Part shown: positions 27,869-37,085 of the stretch, piece by piece
Layout of the letters: every line of letters starts with the position of its first letter
Numbering within the stretch: the first letter of the stretch is position 1
DNA from: Planctomycetota bacterium
Lineage (GTDB): Bacteria; Planctomycetota; PLA2; JAEUHO01
Reading direction: 5' to 3'
DNA length: 64,000 nt
Assembly: GCA_965223505.1 (NCBI GenBank)
Contig: CBDCWP010000008.1
Coordinates: 96,001-160,000, forward strand
Translations under genes and position numbers: made by a program
The notes under the pieces: generated by a model
Told to the model about the DNA's origin: nothing
The model's database searches: none
Seen by the model: the letters and a program-made list of their open reading frames with translations, nothing else

Positions 27869-29875
27869 GTGTCGAGTTCCGGTTCGCCTGACGACGTCGA
27901 TCATCTCCTCGCGCCCAAAGGGCCCATCGCGCGTGCCTTCTCGGACGGCGGCGGCGAGTTCGAGGAACGCCCGCAGCAGCTTCAGATGGCGCGCGCGGTC
28001 CAAGCGGCTCTGTCATCGGGGCGTCATGCGTTGATCGAGGGCGGAACCGGGGTGGGCAAGTCCTTCGCGTATCTCGTTCCCGCGTTGAGCTGGGCGGCGC
28101 GAACGGGCGGCAAGGTCGCGGTCGCCACCAGCACGATCGCGCTGCAGGAGCAGCTCGTTCAAAAGGACCTGCCGCGCCTCGCGGCGTCCTTGCCGTTCGA
28201 CGTGTCCTTCGCGCTGGTCAAGGGGCGCGGCAACTATCTGTGCACGCGCCGGCTGCATCGCGCGCTCGCGGAGACCGGCTCGCTCTTCGACGGGGACGAA
28301 GCGCGCGAGCAGCTCGCGTCCATCCTCCGCTGGTCCGCGGTGACGAAGGAGGGCGCGCGCCAGGATCTGCCGTTCCGTCCGCTTCCGTCGGTGTGGGAGT
28401 CGGTGCGCGCCGAGCAGGGCAACTGCCTCGGCCGCGCATGCGCGTTCTATGCGGGCTGCCACTATCAGCGTTCGCGGCGGCGCGCGCACACCGTCAACCT
28501 GCTGGTGCTGAATCACCACGTGCTGCTCGCGGACCTGGCGCTTCGGCGTTCGGGCGCATCGTTCCTGCCGGACATCGACGTCGTGGTCGTGGACGAAGCG
28601 CACGACTTCGAGGACACGGCCGCCGAGCACCTCGGACTGCGCGTGTCGTCGCTCGGCATGCTGCATCAGCTCGGCCGGCTCTGGAACCCGACGCGCAGGA
28701 CCGGTCTCCTCCACGGTGACGCCGGGGAACGCCTGCGCGCCGCGGTGACGCGCACGCGCAAGGCGGCGCGGGCGTACTTCGCCGACGCGGCGGCGCAGCT
28801 GCCCGAGGAGCGTAGCCGCGGCACCGTGGAGCTGCCCGCGGACTTCACGCTGCCCGCGTCGTTCGCCGTCCAGCTCAACGAGCTCGCGGGCGCCGTCGCC
28901 GAGTGGAGCCGCGGGGTGAACGACATGGAGCAGTCCATGGAGCTCGGCGCGCGCGCGCGCGGACTCGGCGAAGCCGCGGGCGCGCTGGAGACGGTGGTCC
29001 AGGCGAGCGAAGAAGGGTTCGTTCGATGGGCCGAGGTCCGTCCCGGCGCGCGCGGCACGCAGGCGATGACGCTCGTACGGTCGCCGATCGACGTCGGGCC
29101 CGCCCTCGACGAGGTGCTGTGGAGCAAGCACGCGTCGGTGATTCTCACCAGCGCCACGCTGACGACGGGAAAGCCGGCTTCGTTCGACTTCATGCGCCGG
29201 CGCCTCGGTCTCGATGCGCCGGAGATGCTGTCCGTCGGCAGCCCGTTCGAGTATCGCCGCCAGGCGCGGCTGGTCCTGCGCACCGACCTACCCGACCCGG
29301 GCGCGAACGCGCGCGGCTACGAGGACGCGCTGTGCGACGCGGTGTTCGATGCGGTCCGGCGCACCGACGGCGGCGCGTTCGTGCTGTTCACCGCGTACGG
29401 CGCCATGCGCCGCACGGTCGAGGCGCTGCGCGACCGGCTCGAGGCCGCCGACCTCACGGTGCTCGTGCAGGGCGAGGACCTCGAGCGCAGTGCGCTGCTC
29501 GACCGCTTCCGCGAGGGCGGTTGCGTGCTCTTCGGCGTGTCGTCGTTCTGGCAGGGCGTGGACGTGCCCGGCGACGCGCTGCGCCACGTCGTCATCGCCC
29601 GGCTGCCGTTCGAGGTGCCGACGCATCCGCTGCAACGCGCGCGCAGCGATCACGTCTCGTCGGCCGGGGGCGATCCGTTTCGCGACCTCGCGGTGCCCCA
29701 AGCGGCGCTGCGCCTCAAGCAGGGGTTCGGCCGGTTGATCCGTCGCTCGGACGACTCGGGTGTCGTCACGATTCTCGACCCGCGTATCGTGCGCAAGTCC
29801 TACGGCCGTGTGCTGTTGGACAGCTTGCCGGAGTGCCCGGTCGAGCTCGTACCCGACGAGGGGCAGTCGATCTGA
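27869..29875 (+). CDS. DinG/YoaA-family Fe-S ATP-dependent DNA helicase
   Basis: GTGVGKS, KGRGNYLC, Cys cluster CLGRAC...C, DEAH, TSATL and QGFGRLIR motifs. Confidence 0.95.
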   Translation: MSSSGSPDDVDHLLAPKGPIARAFSDGGGEFEERPQQLQMARAVQAALSSGRHALIEGGTGVGKSFAYLVPALSWAARTGGKVAVATSTIALQEQLVQKDLPRLAASLPFDVSFALVKGRGNYLCTRRLHRALAETGSLFDGDEAREQLASILRWSAVTKEGARQDLPFRPLPSVWESVRAEQGNCLGRACAFYAGCHYQRSRRRAHTVNLLVLNHHVLLADLALRRSGASFLPDIDVVVVDEAHDFEDTAAEHLGLRVSSLGMLHQLGRLWNPTRRTGLLHGDAGERLRAAVTRTRKAARAYFADAAAQLPEERSRGTVELPADFTLPASFAVQLNELAGAVAEWSRGVNDMEQSMELGARARGLGEAAGALETVVQASEEGFVRWAEVRPGARGTQAMTLVRSPIDVGPALDEVLWSKHASVILTSATLTTGKPASFDFMRRRLGLDAPEMLSVGSPFEYRRQARLVLRTDLPDPGANARGYEDALCDAVFDAVRRTDGGAFVLFTAYGAMRRTVEALRDRLEAADLTVLVQGEDLERSALLDRFREGGCVLFGVSSFWQGVDVPGDALRHVVIARLPFEVPTHPLQRARSDHVSSAGGDPFRDLAVPQAALRLKQGFGRLIRRSDDSGVVTILDPRIVRKSYGRVLLDSLPECPVELVPDEGQSI

Positions 29876-30309
29876 TGAAGGTCACGACGTACACCGAAGC
29901 CGAGCCGGTCGCATCGAGCGTGCTGCTGCGCGTGGTGATGTGCGTCGACGTCGTGCTCGCGCTGTGGTTCACCGCGTACTGGTGGGACGAGCAATCGCAA
30001 GGCGTCCATCCGATGCTGCTCGCGCTCTTGGCGGTCTTCGGCGCGCTCGTCGTCTTGACGAGCATCGGCTGCTTGGGCCTGCGCGCTGCGGCGATGGTCT
30101 GGAGGCGCCGGCTCGGCTTGATCGCCGTCATCATCGTGATCTGGCGCGGCGGCGCCCACAGCCCGATCTTCTTTCAGTGCGTGGTCCTGTTCTGGAACGC
30201 GTTCATCTGGATCGTGCTGTTGCTCGAAGCGCGGCGCGTGGCGCACATCGTCTCCGAGGCGACCGGCGAAGAGGTTCTCCAGGCCGACCCGGAGCGTCCG
30301 GACCGCTAG
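29875..30309 (+). CDS. Small membrane protein (about 4 TM)
   Basis: TGATG-coupled to the helicase gene; multiple hydrophobic helices. Confidence 0.7.
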   Translation: MKVTTYTEAEPVASSVLLRVVMCVDVVLALWFTAYWWDEQSQGVHPMLLALLAVFGALVVLTSIGCLGLRAAAMVWRRRLGLIAVIIVIWRGGAHSPIFFQCVVLFWNAFIWIVLLLEARRVAHIVSEATGEEVLQADPERPDR

Positions 30310-30322
30310 GCCTTGCCCGCGG

Positions 30323-31552
30323 CTACGGCGAGAACTCGACCGCACCGACGTCGGCGTTGCCGTCGCCGAAGCGGCTCACCGACCGTTGGTCCAGGAAGAG
30401 CGGCAGTCCGTTCTCGTCCAGGCACTGGGCGTGCGGCACGGCGTTGTTGGCGGGGCTGCCGAGCAGGGGAGAGCGCGAGTAGGTGTCGCCGACCTGCTGC
30501 AGCGGGCCGAGCAGCGGACCGAGCGGCGCGCCCGAGTCCCCGACCATGTTGCCGTTCACGCCGTCCACGATCGCGCCGACGTCCAAGCTGCCGATCAGGT
30601 TGTAGGACGCGTTGGTCGCCCAGACGATCGACGGCGCGAAGTCGGGCCGTAGCGGGCAGTTGTTGTCGGCGATGATCGTCTGCCGCACGGTGAACGTGCC
30701 CTCTCCGCCCTCGGTGCCGAGCATCACCCCGCCCCCGACCTCCGCCGCGCTGTTGCCGGTAATCGTGCAGCCGAAAAGGCCGAGCTCGCCCCCGGAGACC
30801 ATCGCGATGGCCACGATGCCTCCGCCGTCGTCGTTCGGCGTGCCGCCGAGCGCGGTGTTGCCGTGCACGGTCGTGCTGCGCGCGGTCAACGACCCGCCAA
30901 GCATCACGACACCGCCGCCCGGGCCGTTGGTCGCGGCATTGACGCGCAGCGAGGAGTTGGTGATCAGGGTTTCGCACAGAAGCAGGTACAGCCCTCCGCC
31001 GTGCTGGGCGTTACACCCCGCGACGTCGCATCGATCCAGGTGCAGCTCGGAGGCGGCGGCCTGAATCGCGCCTCCGCTGAGGCCCGCGATCGCGTTCGTG
31101 ATCCGGACGCGCGACAGGACGACGGACGAATTGCCGACGTGCATCGCGCCGCCCGTGCCGGGCGCCTCGCAGTCGTTGAGCCACAGCCCCTCGAGGCGCA
31201 CGAACGGCGCGCCGTCGATGAAGAACGCGCGGTCGCCGTTGTCGAGGAACAGCTCGGTCTGCACGCCGTCCGGACCGCCGGTGATGCGAATCGACTTCTC
31301 GATCTCGATCTGCGACATCAGGAAGACGCTGCCGCCCTGGATCGCGGGGTCGAACGTGACGAGCGCGCCGGGCAGCGCGTCCGCAACGACCTGCCGAAGC
31401 GATCCCGGGCCGTCGTCGTTCAGGTTCGTGACCTGCACGATCTGCGTGATCGGCGGACCGCCGTCTGCGGCGGTTCCGGGGCCGCCGCTCGAGCCGCAGC
31501 CCGACAGGACGAATCCGGCGACACAGATGATGACCCAGCGCGTGGCAGCCAT
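30323..31552 (-). CDS. Right-handed beta-helix lipoprotein with choice-of-anchor Q-like C-terminus
   Basis: Lipobox LSGC; VTNLNDDGPGSLR; repeated N.A..GGG motifs; LLGPL...GSPA...DQR...DVGAVE. Confidence 0.85.
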   Translation of the reverse strand: MAATRWVIICVAGFVLSGCGSSGGPGTAADGGPPITQIVQVTNLNDDGPGSLRQVVADALPGALVTFDPAIQGGSVFLMSQIEIEKSIRITGGPDGVQTELFLDNGDRAFFIDGAPFVRLEGLWLNDCEAPGTGGAMHVGNSSVVLSRVRITNAIAGLSGGAIQAAASELHLDRCDVAGCNAQHGGGLYLLLCETLITNSSLRVNAATNGPGGGVVMLGGSLTARSTTVHGNTALGGTPNDDGGGIVAIAMVSGGELGLFGCTITGNSAAEVGGGVMLGTEGGEGTFTVRQTIIADNNCPLRPDFAPSIVWATNASYNLIGSLDVGAIVDGVNGNMVGDSGAPLGPLLGPLQQVGDTYSRSPLLGSPANNAVPHAQCLDENGLPLFLDQRSVSRFGDGNADVGAVEFSP

Positions 31553-31572
31553 GGCGACGTCTCCCGTACGCA

Positions 31573-31601
31573 GCGCGCGCCGTTCACGGCGCGCGCCCTA
31601 C
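31573..31601 (-). repeat. GTAG REP variant / hairpin
   Basis: The minus strand reads GTAGGGCGCGCGCCGTGAACGGCGCGCGC. Confidence 0.55.
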
Positions 31602-31656
31602 GTGGAGGTAGTCGCGAAGGCGCGCCCGAATTGCCGGGCGCGTTCCCGACGGGCCG

Positions 31657-32712
31657 CTACGCGGTCGCGGTGGCCCGGTCCAAGCGCTCTTGGGCCAGCC
31701 GGTTCGAGGCCTCGTTCGTGCTGATGTCGTCGCGCTTCGCGATCTCGAAGACGCGCTTCATGGCGTGGTAGATGTTCTCCACCTTCGCGCGCGCGCGATC
31801 CTCGTCGTAGCCCGTCGGCTCGACCTCGATCGACACGTTGATGATGCCGCCGGCGTTGATGACGTAGTCCGGCGCGTACAGGATCCCGGCTTCCTTGAGG
31901 CGGTCACCGTGGTCCTCGCGCAGGAGGATGTTGTTCGCGGCGCCCGCGATGATCTTCGTGTCGAGCTTCGGGAGGCTGTCGTCGTTGACGACCGCGCCCA
32001 GCGCGCACGGCGCCAGCACGTCGCACTCGACGAAGAGGATGTCGCCTGGATCGACGATCTCCGCGCCCGTCTCCGCGGCGACGTCGGCCACCTTGTCGGC
32101 GCCGATGTCGGCGATCATGAGCTTCGCGCCCGCTTCGGCGAGGTGCTGGCAGAGGTACTTGCCGACGTGGCCGACGCCCTGCACCGCAACCGTTCGGCCG
32201 CTGAAGTCGTCGGAGCCGAACACCTCCTCGAGGCACGCCTTGATGCCGAGGAAGGTGCCGAGCGCGGTCCACGGCGACGGATCACCGCTCGATCCCATGG
32301 CCTTCGGAAGCCCCGTGACCCACTTGGTCTTCTCGCGGACCTGCACCATGTCCTCGACCGTCGTGCCGACGTCCTCCGCGGTGATGTACTTGCCCTCTTG
32401 CGCGTCGACGAACGCGCCCATTGCGTTGAAGAGCGCCTCGGACTTGTCCGTCTTCGGGTTGCCGATGATGACGCTCTTGCCGCCGCCCAGTCCGGTGTCG
32501 GCGACGGCGGACTTGTACGTCATGCCCTTCGACAGACGCAGGACGTCGAAGATCGCATCGTCCCAGGAGGCGTACGGCCACATGCGAAGACCACCGAGTG
32601 CGGGGCCCAAGGTCGTGTTGTGAATCGCGATGACCGCTCGAAGACCCGACTCCTTGTCTTCGCACTTCACGACGCGTTCGTATCCCTCTTGCGGAATGAC
32701 CTCGATGTCCAT
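31657..32712 (-). CDS. Leu/Val/Phe dehydrogenase (Glu/Leu/Phe/Val family)
   Basis: TTLGPALGG, GMTYK, GGGKSV, TAEDVG, GVGHVG and PDYVINAGG motifs. Confidence 0.95.
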   Translation of the reverse strand: MDIEVIPQEGYERVVKCEDKESGLRAVIAIHNTTLGPALGGLRMWPYASWDDAIFDVLRLSKGMTYKSAVADTGLGGGKSVIIGNPKTDKSEALFNAMGAFVDAQEGKYITAEDVGTTVEDMVQVREKTKWVTGLPKAMGSSGDPSPWTALGTFLGIKACLEEVFGSDDFSGRTVAVQGVGHVGKYLCQHLAEAGAKLMIADIGADKVADVAAETGAEIVDPGDILFVECDVLAPCALGAVVNDDSLPKLDTKIIAGAANNILLREDHGDRLKEAGILYAPDYVINAGGIINVSIEVEPTGYDEDRARAKVENIYHAMKRVFEIAKRDDISTNEASNRLAQERLDRATATA

Positions 32713-32863
32713 TGATGCGCGTCTCCGATCGAAATAGGGGGGCGTACGGTATCCGGTGGCGGCGCGAGCGCAGAGAAATGTCCGCATCGGCGTCGCGCCG
32801 CACCGGCGCGGATCATACGCGCTAACTCCCTGTCGCGCAGCATCTTAGATTCCGAGGGGGGCG

Positions 32864-35641
32864 CTAGTCGGCGGCCGGCTTCTTGGCGGAAGCGGTCTTC
32901 TTCTTCGCCGCTTTCTTGGCCTTCTTCTTGGCGGCCTTTTTCTTCTTCGCCGCCTTGCGCTTCTTCTTCTTCTTCTTCTTCTTGCGTCCGCCGCCGGCCT
33001 TGATGCGCTCGGCGCGTTTCACCAGGAGCACGACCGCCTCGTCCATCGTCAGCTCGGACGGCTCGACGCCGCGCGGCAGGCTGGCGTTGATCTCGCCGTC
33101 GGTCACGTACGGTCCGTAGCGGCCGTTGAGGATCTTCAGCGGCGCTCCCGTTTCCGGATGATCGCCGAGCTCGCGCAACGGCTTGGCCGGGGCGGCCTGC
33201 CCGCGGCGCCGGCGCGGTTGCTTCAGGAGCTCGATCGCCTGCTCGAGCGTGATGTCGAGCAGGTTGATCTCGGCAGGGATGCTGCGCGACTCCTTGCCCC
33301 ACTTGATGTACGGACCGTAGCGGCCCAGATGGGCGAAGACCGACGCCGACTCCTCGTCCTTCTTGCTCGCGTCGTCCGCGCCTTCGTCCTTGGCCGGCGT
33401 GCCGGCGTACGGGCCGAGGTCGCGGGGAAGCTCCAGCAGACGCAGCGCCGTCTTCAGGTCGACCGACTCCGGCTCCATGTCGGCCAGCAGGCTGACCATC
33501 TTCGGCTTCGGCGCGCCGTCTTCGCGGTCGCCGAGCTGCACGTACGGTCCGAAGCGTCCGGACTTCACGTAGACCGGCTTGCCCGTCTCCGGGTCTTCGC
33601 CCAGCGCGGTCGGCCCGCGGGCCGCGGCCTCGATGATCTCCATCGCCGCCTCGACCGTGAGCTCGTCGGGAACCGTGTCCTCCGGAATGCCGCCGCTGTT
33701 TTCTCCGTCCGTGACGAACAACCCGAACTTGCCGACGCGCACTTCGATCTCTGTGTCGCCGTGCTTGCCGAGCGTGAAGCCGCAGACCTCGCGCGGGTCG
33801 ACCTCGTCGATGCCCTTCTGCACGAGCTGCTCGAGCCCCGGCTGCCCGTTGCCGTTGTAGAAGCGGCGCAGGTACTCCTTGCCGTCGAGCTCGCCGCGGG
33901 AGATCGAGTCGAGGTCGTCCTCCATGCGGGCCGTGAAGTCGAAGTCGAGCACGTCGCCGAAGTGCTGCTTGAGCATGCGCACCACCGCGAACGCGGTGTA
34001 GCTCGGCACGAGCGCCGTGCCCTTCTTGAACGCGTACTCGCGGTTCAAGAGCAGCTCGATGATCGACGCCCACGTGCTGGGTCGGCCGATGCCGCGGGTG
34101 TCGAGCTCCTTGACGAGGCTCGCCTCCGTGAATCGCGCCGGCGGCTGCGTGTTGTGCTCGTGCGCCTCGACGTCCTTGATGCCCAGCGCCTGACCCTGTT
34201 CGAGGTGCGGGAGGTGCTTCTCGGCCGTCGGATCGCGCCGCACCTTGCCCGACGTACGCACGTCCGCGCTCTCGACGTAGGCGAGCTGATAGCCGGGGAA
34301 GTCGATGGTGCGGCCCGTGGCGCGGAAGACCGCGTCCTCGACGCCGACGTCGACCGTCATGCGCCGGCCTTCGGCGTTCTTCATCTGGGACGCGACGGTG
34401 CGCTTCCAGATGAGCTCGTACAGCTTCGCGGCGTCCGGTCCGATGTCCTTGCGGACCTTCTCGACGCTCTGGAACGAAGAACCCGCCGGACGAATCGCTT
34501 CGTGCGCCTCCTGTGCGTTCTTCACCTTCGTCTTGTAGGTGCGCGGCTCGGCAGGGAGGTTCTCCTCGCCGTACCGGGTCTTGATCAGCTTGCGCGCGGC
34601 CGTGAGCGCTTGCGACGACAACGCCGTCGAGTCCGTACGCATGTAGGTGATCGCGCCGTTCTCGTACAGCTGCTGCGCGAGGCGCATGGTGCGCTGGGCC
34701 GGGTACCGCAGCTTGCGGCCGGCCTCCTGCTGCAGGGTGCTCGTCGTGAACGGGGGCGAGGGCTTGCGTGAGTACGGCTTCTCCTCGACCGAGAGCACCT
34801 TGGACGGCTTGCCGTCGAGCCGTTTCGCCAGCGCAACGGCTTCCTTGCTGCTCAGGATGTGGACGTCTTCGTTCTCGAGCTTGCCGGTGAGCGACTCGAA
34901 GTCGCCGCTGCGGGCGACACGTCGGTCGGCGAGCTCGCGCAGACGCGCCTCGAAGCTCTCGGTCTCCGTCGAGAACTGCGCCGTCAGATCCCAGAACTCG
35001 GTCGAGGTGAATCTGATCCGCGCCATCTCGCGGTCGACGAGCAGGCGCAGTGCCACGCTCTGTACGCGCCCGGCCGACAGTCGCGGACGGATCTTGCGCC
35101 ACAGCACCGGCGAGACGGCGTAGCCGAACAGCCGGTCGAGAATGCGGCGGCTCTCCTGCGCCTTCACCAGGTCCTGGTCGATGTCGCGCGGCTCCTCGAG
35201 CGCGTGCAGGATCGCGCCGCGGGTGATCTCGTGGAAGACCAGCCGGTGCACGGGCACCTTCGGCTTCAGCACCTCGACGAGGTGCCAGGAGATGGACTCG
35301 CCCTCGCGGTCCTCATCGGTCGCGAGCCAGAGCGCCGGCGCTTCCTTCAGTAACGACTTGAGCGTCTTGATCTGGTCGCGCTTGGCGGCCGGCACGACGT
35401 AGATCGGCTCGAAGTCGTTGTCGAGATCGACCCCCAGACGCGCGAACTTGTGCTTCTTCAGCGAGGGCGGGAGCTCCGCGGAGGAGCTGGGCAGATCACG
35501 GACGTGACCGATCGAAGCGCGCACCTCGAACTCGTCTCCGAGGAACTTGGTGATGGTGCGCGCCTTGGCCGGCGACTCGACGATGACGAGCGCCTTCCCG
35601 GACGGGGGCTTCTGCTTCGATGACTTCTTCTTGGCGCCCAT
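32864..35641 (-). CDS. topA: DNA topoisomerase I (type IA) with C-terminal repeats and a Lys-rich tail
   Basis: LVIVESPAKA, ATDEDREGE, SAGRVQS, ITYMRTD and GIGRPST motifs; G(R/K)(F/Y)GPY repeats; KKKAAKK tail. Confidence 0.98.
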   Translation of the reverse strand: MGAKKKSSKQKPPSGKALVIVESPAKARTITKFLGDEFEVRASIGHVRDLPSSSAELPPSLKKHKFARLGVDLDNDFEPIYVVPAAKRDQIKTLKSLLKEAPALWLATDEDREGESISWHLVEVLKPKVPVHRLVFHEITRGAILHALEEPRDIDQDLVKAQESRRILDRLFGYAVSPVLWRKIRPRLSAGRVQSVALRLLVDREMARIRFTSTEFWDLTAQFSTETESFEARLRELADRRVARSGDFESLTGKLENEDVHILSSKEAVALAKRLDGKPSKVLSVEEKPYSRKPSPPFTTSTLQQEAGRKLRYPAQRTMRLAQQLYENGAITYMRTDSTALSSQALTAARKLIKTRYGEENLPAEPRTYKTKVKNAQEAHEAIRPAGSSFQSVEKVRKDIGPDAAKLYELIWKRTVASQMKNAEGRRMTVDVGVEDAVFRATGRTIDFPGYQLAYVESADVRTSGKVRRDPTAEKHLPHLEQGQALGIKDVEAHEHNTQPPARFTEASLVKELDTRGIGRPSTWASIIELLLNREYAFKKGTALVPSYTAFAVVRMLKQHFGDVLDFDFTARMEDDLDSISRGELDGKEYLRRFYNGNGQPGLEQLVQKGIDEVDPREVCGFTLGKHGDTEIEVRVGKFGLFVTDGENSGGIPEDTVPDELTVEAAMEIIEAAARGPTALGEDPETGKPVYVKSGRFGPYVQLGDREDGAPKPKMVSLLADMEPESVDLKTALRLLELPRDLGPYAGTPAKDEGADDASKKDEESASVFAHLGRYGPYIKWGKESRSIPAEINLLDITLEQAIELLKQPRRRRGQAAPAKPLRELGDHPETGAPLKILNGRYGPYVTDGEINASLPRGVEPSELTMDEAVVLLVKRAERIKAGGGRKKKKKKKKRKAAKKKKAAKKKAKKAAKKKTASAKKPAAD

Positions 35642-35906
35642 GCGATCCGGTCGTCGCGTCCTTTCTACTGGGAGTCTTCGGTCGATACCGCCGCGCACAC
35701 TACCGGTCGAGTGCCCCGCACCTAGGGAACTCAGCAGTCCGTGCTCCGGCTCTCTCAACGTGTAGCCGCGATGGCGCGTCCTGCCACGGAGGCCTAAAGT
35801 CCTCGCGGGCAACGGGTTACGCATGCGCTCCGGCCGCCCGTGTGCGCGGCCGCGCGCGGAGGCCGGACGGCGCTATCCTCGCGCGTCGGCCCCGGAGAGT
35901 TTCACC

Positions 35907-37085
35907 GTGAGCGTTCGCACCCTCGTTTTCGTCCTCGTTCCCTGTCTCTTGCTCGCGCCCGCGGCCCTCGCCGAGGACGAGGTGTCCGCCGCCGAGCGCT
36001 TCCAGAAAGCCTGCGCGGCGATGCCGACGCCCGCCGCCGGCAACGGCTTCGACTGGACCGGCGAGATCGTGATCAACGGCCAGGCGTTCGGCGGCTGCCG
36101 CTTCATCGCGACCGTCGAGAAGCGCGACGACGTGGCGTACTGGCGAACCCACGACGTCGCGCAGATCGCCCAGGCCTTCCGCCTCGATGTCGCCGGTACG
36201 TTCACGCGGGACCTGGTGCCTGTCGATGCCAAGGGCCGCAACAAGGACGACGAGGAAGACCTCGCCATCGAGTGCAAGATGCAGGGGGACGGCCTGCACG
36301 TTCGCATTCAGCCCGCCGGCGGAGAGCTGCGCGAGGCGGTGATCGCCGTCAAAGGCCCGACGCTCATCGGCATGACGTCCCGCATCCTCTTTCTGCGTTC
36401 CGTCATCACGCAGAAAGGCGCGACCTACGAGTGGGCCGAGCCCCATCCGACCCGCATCGGCAAGGACCCCAAGAAGAAGCCGACCATCGTGAAGACGACG
36501 GCGCGCATTCTCGGCGTAGGCAAATTCAAGGGCGTGAAGGCGCTGCTCGCGGAAGTCAAGGACGAGAAGAAGACGAACGTCTTCGCGTACACCACGGACA
36601 AGCACGCGTTCCTCGGCGTGTCGATGACCGAGGAGGGCGAAGCGACGACGTTCGAGATGCTGCCGGAGGGCACGACCGAGTCTTCGGTGCCGAAGGACAT
36701 CTTGCGCAAGCCGGCCGAGTCGCCCCAGGTCGCGGTCGGGCGGTTCTATCTCGCCAACGGGCTGCACGACGTGACGCTGCTCGAGGAGACGTTTCACTGG
36801 CCGACGGTGCTCGCCAACGTGAAGAGGGGCAACCCGGACTTTGCCGGGACCGAGGACGACCTGCGAAAGGCGGTGCTGGAGAAGTTCAAGGCCAGCTGGC
36901 ACAAACAGAAGAGAGAGGACCCCGCGGTGGTCGAGCTGTTCCTGCGCGGGTCGCTTCGAAGCATGAAGGTCGAGGCGCGCGACGGCAACCTCGCCCGCGT
37001 CGCCGTGGACCCGAACGTGCGCGGCATCGGCGGTCAGAAGTGGGTCGTCGTCGAGGTCGACGGCTTCTGGTACATGGCGAAGTGA
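35907..37085 (+). CDS. Secreted hypothetical protein (beta-rich domain plus NTF2-like C-terminal domain)
   Basis: Signal peptide ending ALA-EDE; paralogous to the next gene. Confidence 0.75.
   Translation: MSVRTLVFVLVPCLLLAPAALAEDEVSAAERFQKACAAMPTPAAGNGFDWTGEIVINGQAFGGCRFIATVEKRDDVAYWRTHDVAQIAQAFRLDVAGTFTRDLVPVDAKGRNKDDEEDLAIECKMQGDGLHVRIQPAGGELREAVIAVKGPTLIGMTSRILFLRSVITQKGATYEWAEPHPTRIGKDPKKKPTIVKTTARILGVGKFKGVKALLAEVKDEKKTNVFAYTTDKHAFLGVSMTEEGEATTFEMLPEGTTESSVPKDILRKPAESPQVAVGRFYLANGLHDVTLLEETFHWPTVLANVKRGNPDFAGTEDDLRKAVLEKFKASWHKQKREDPAVVELFLRGSLRSMKVEARDGNLARVAVDPNVRGIGGQKWVVVEVDGFWYMAK

Noticed and set aside
32864..33010. (TTC)n simple repeat
   Set aside because: It is the coding Lys-rich tail of TopA, known in this type of topoisomerase I.
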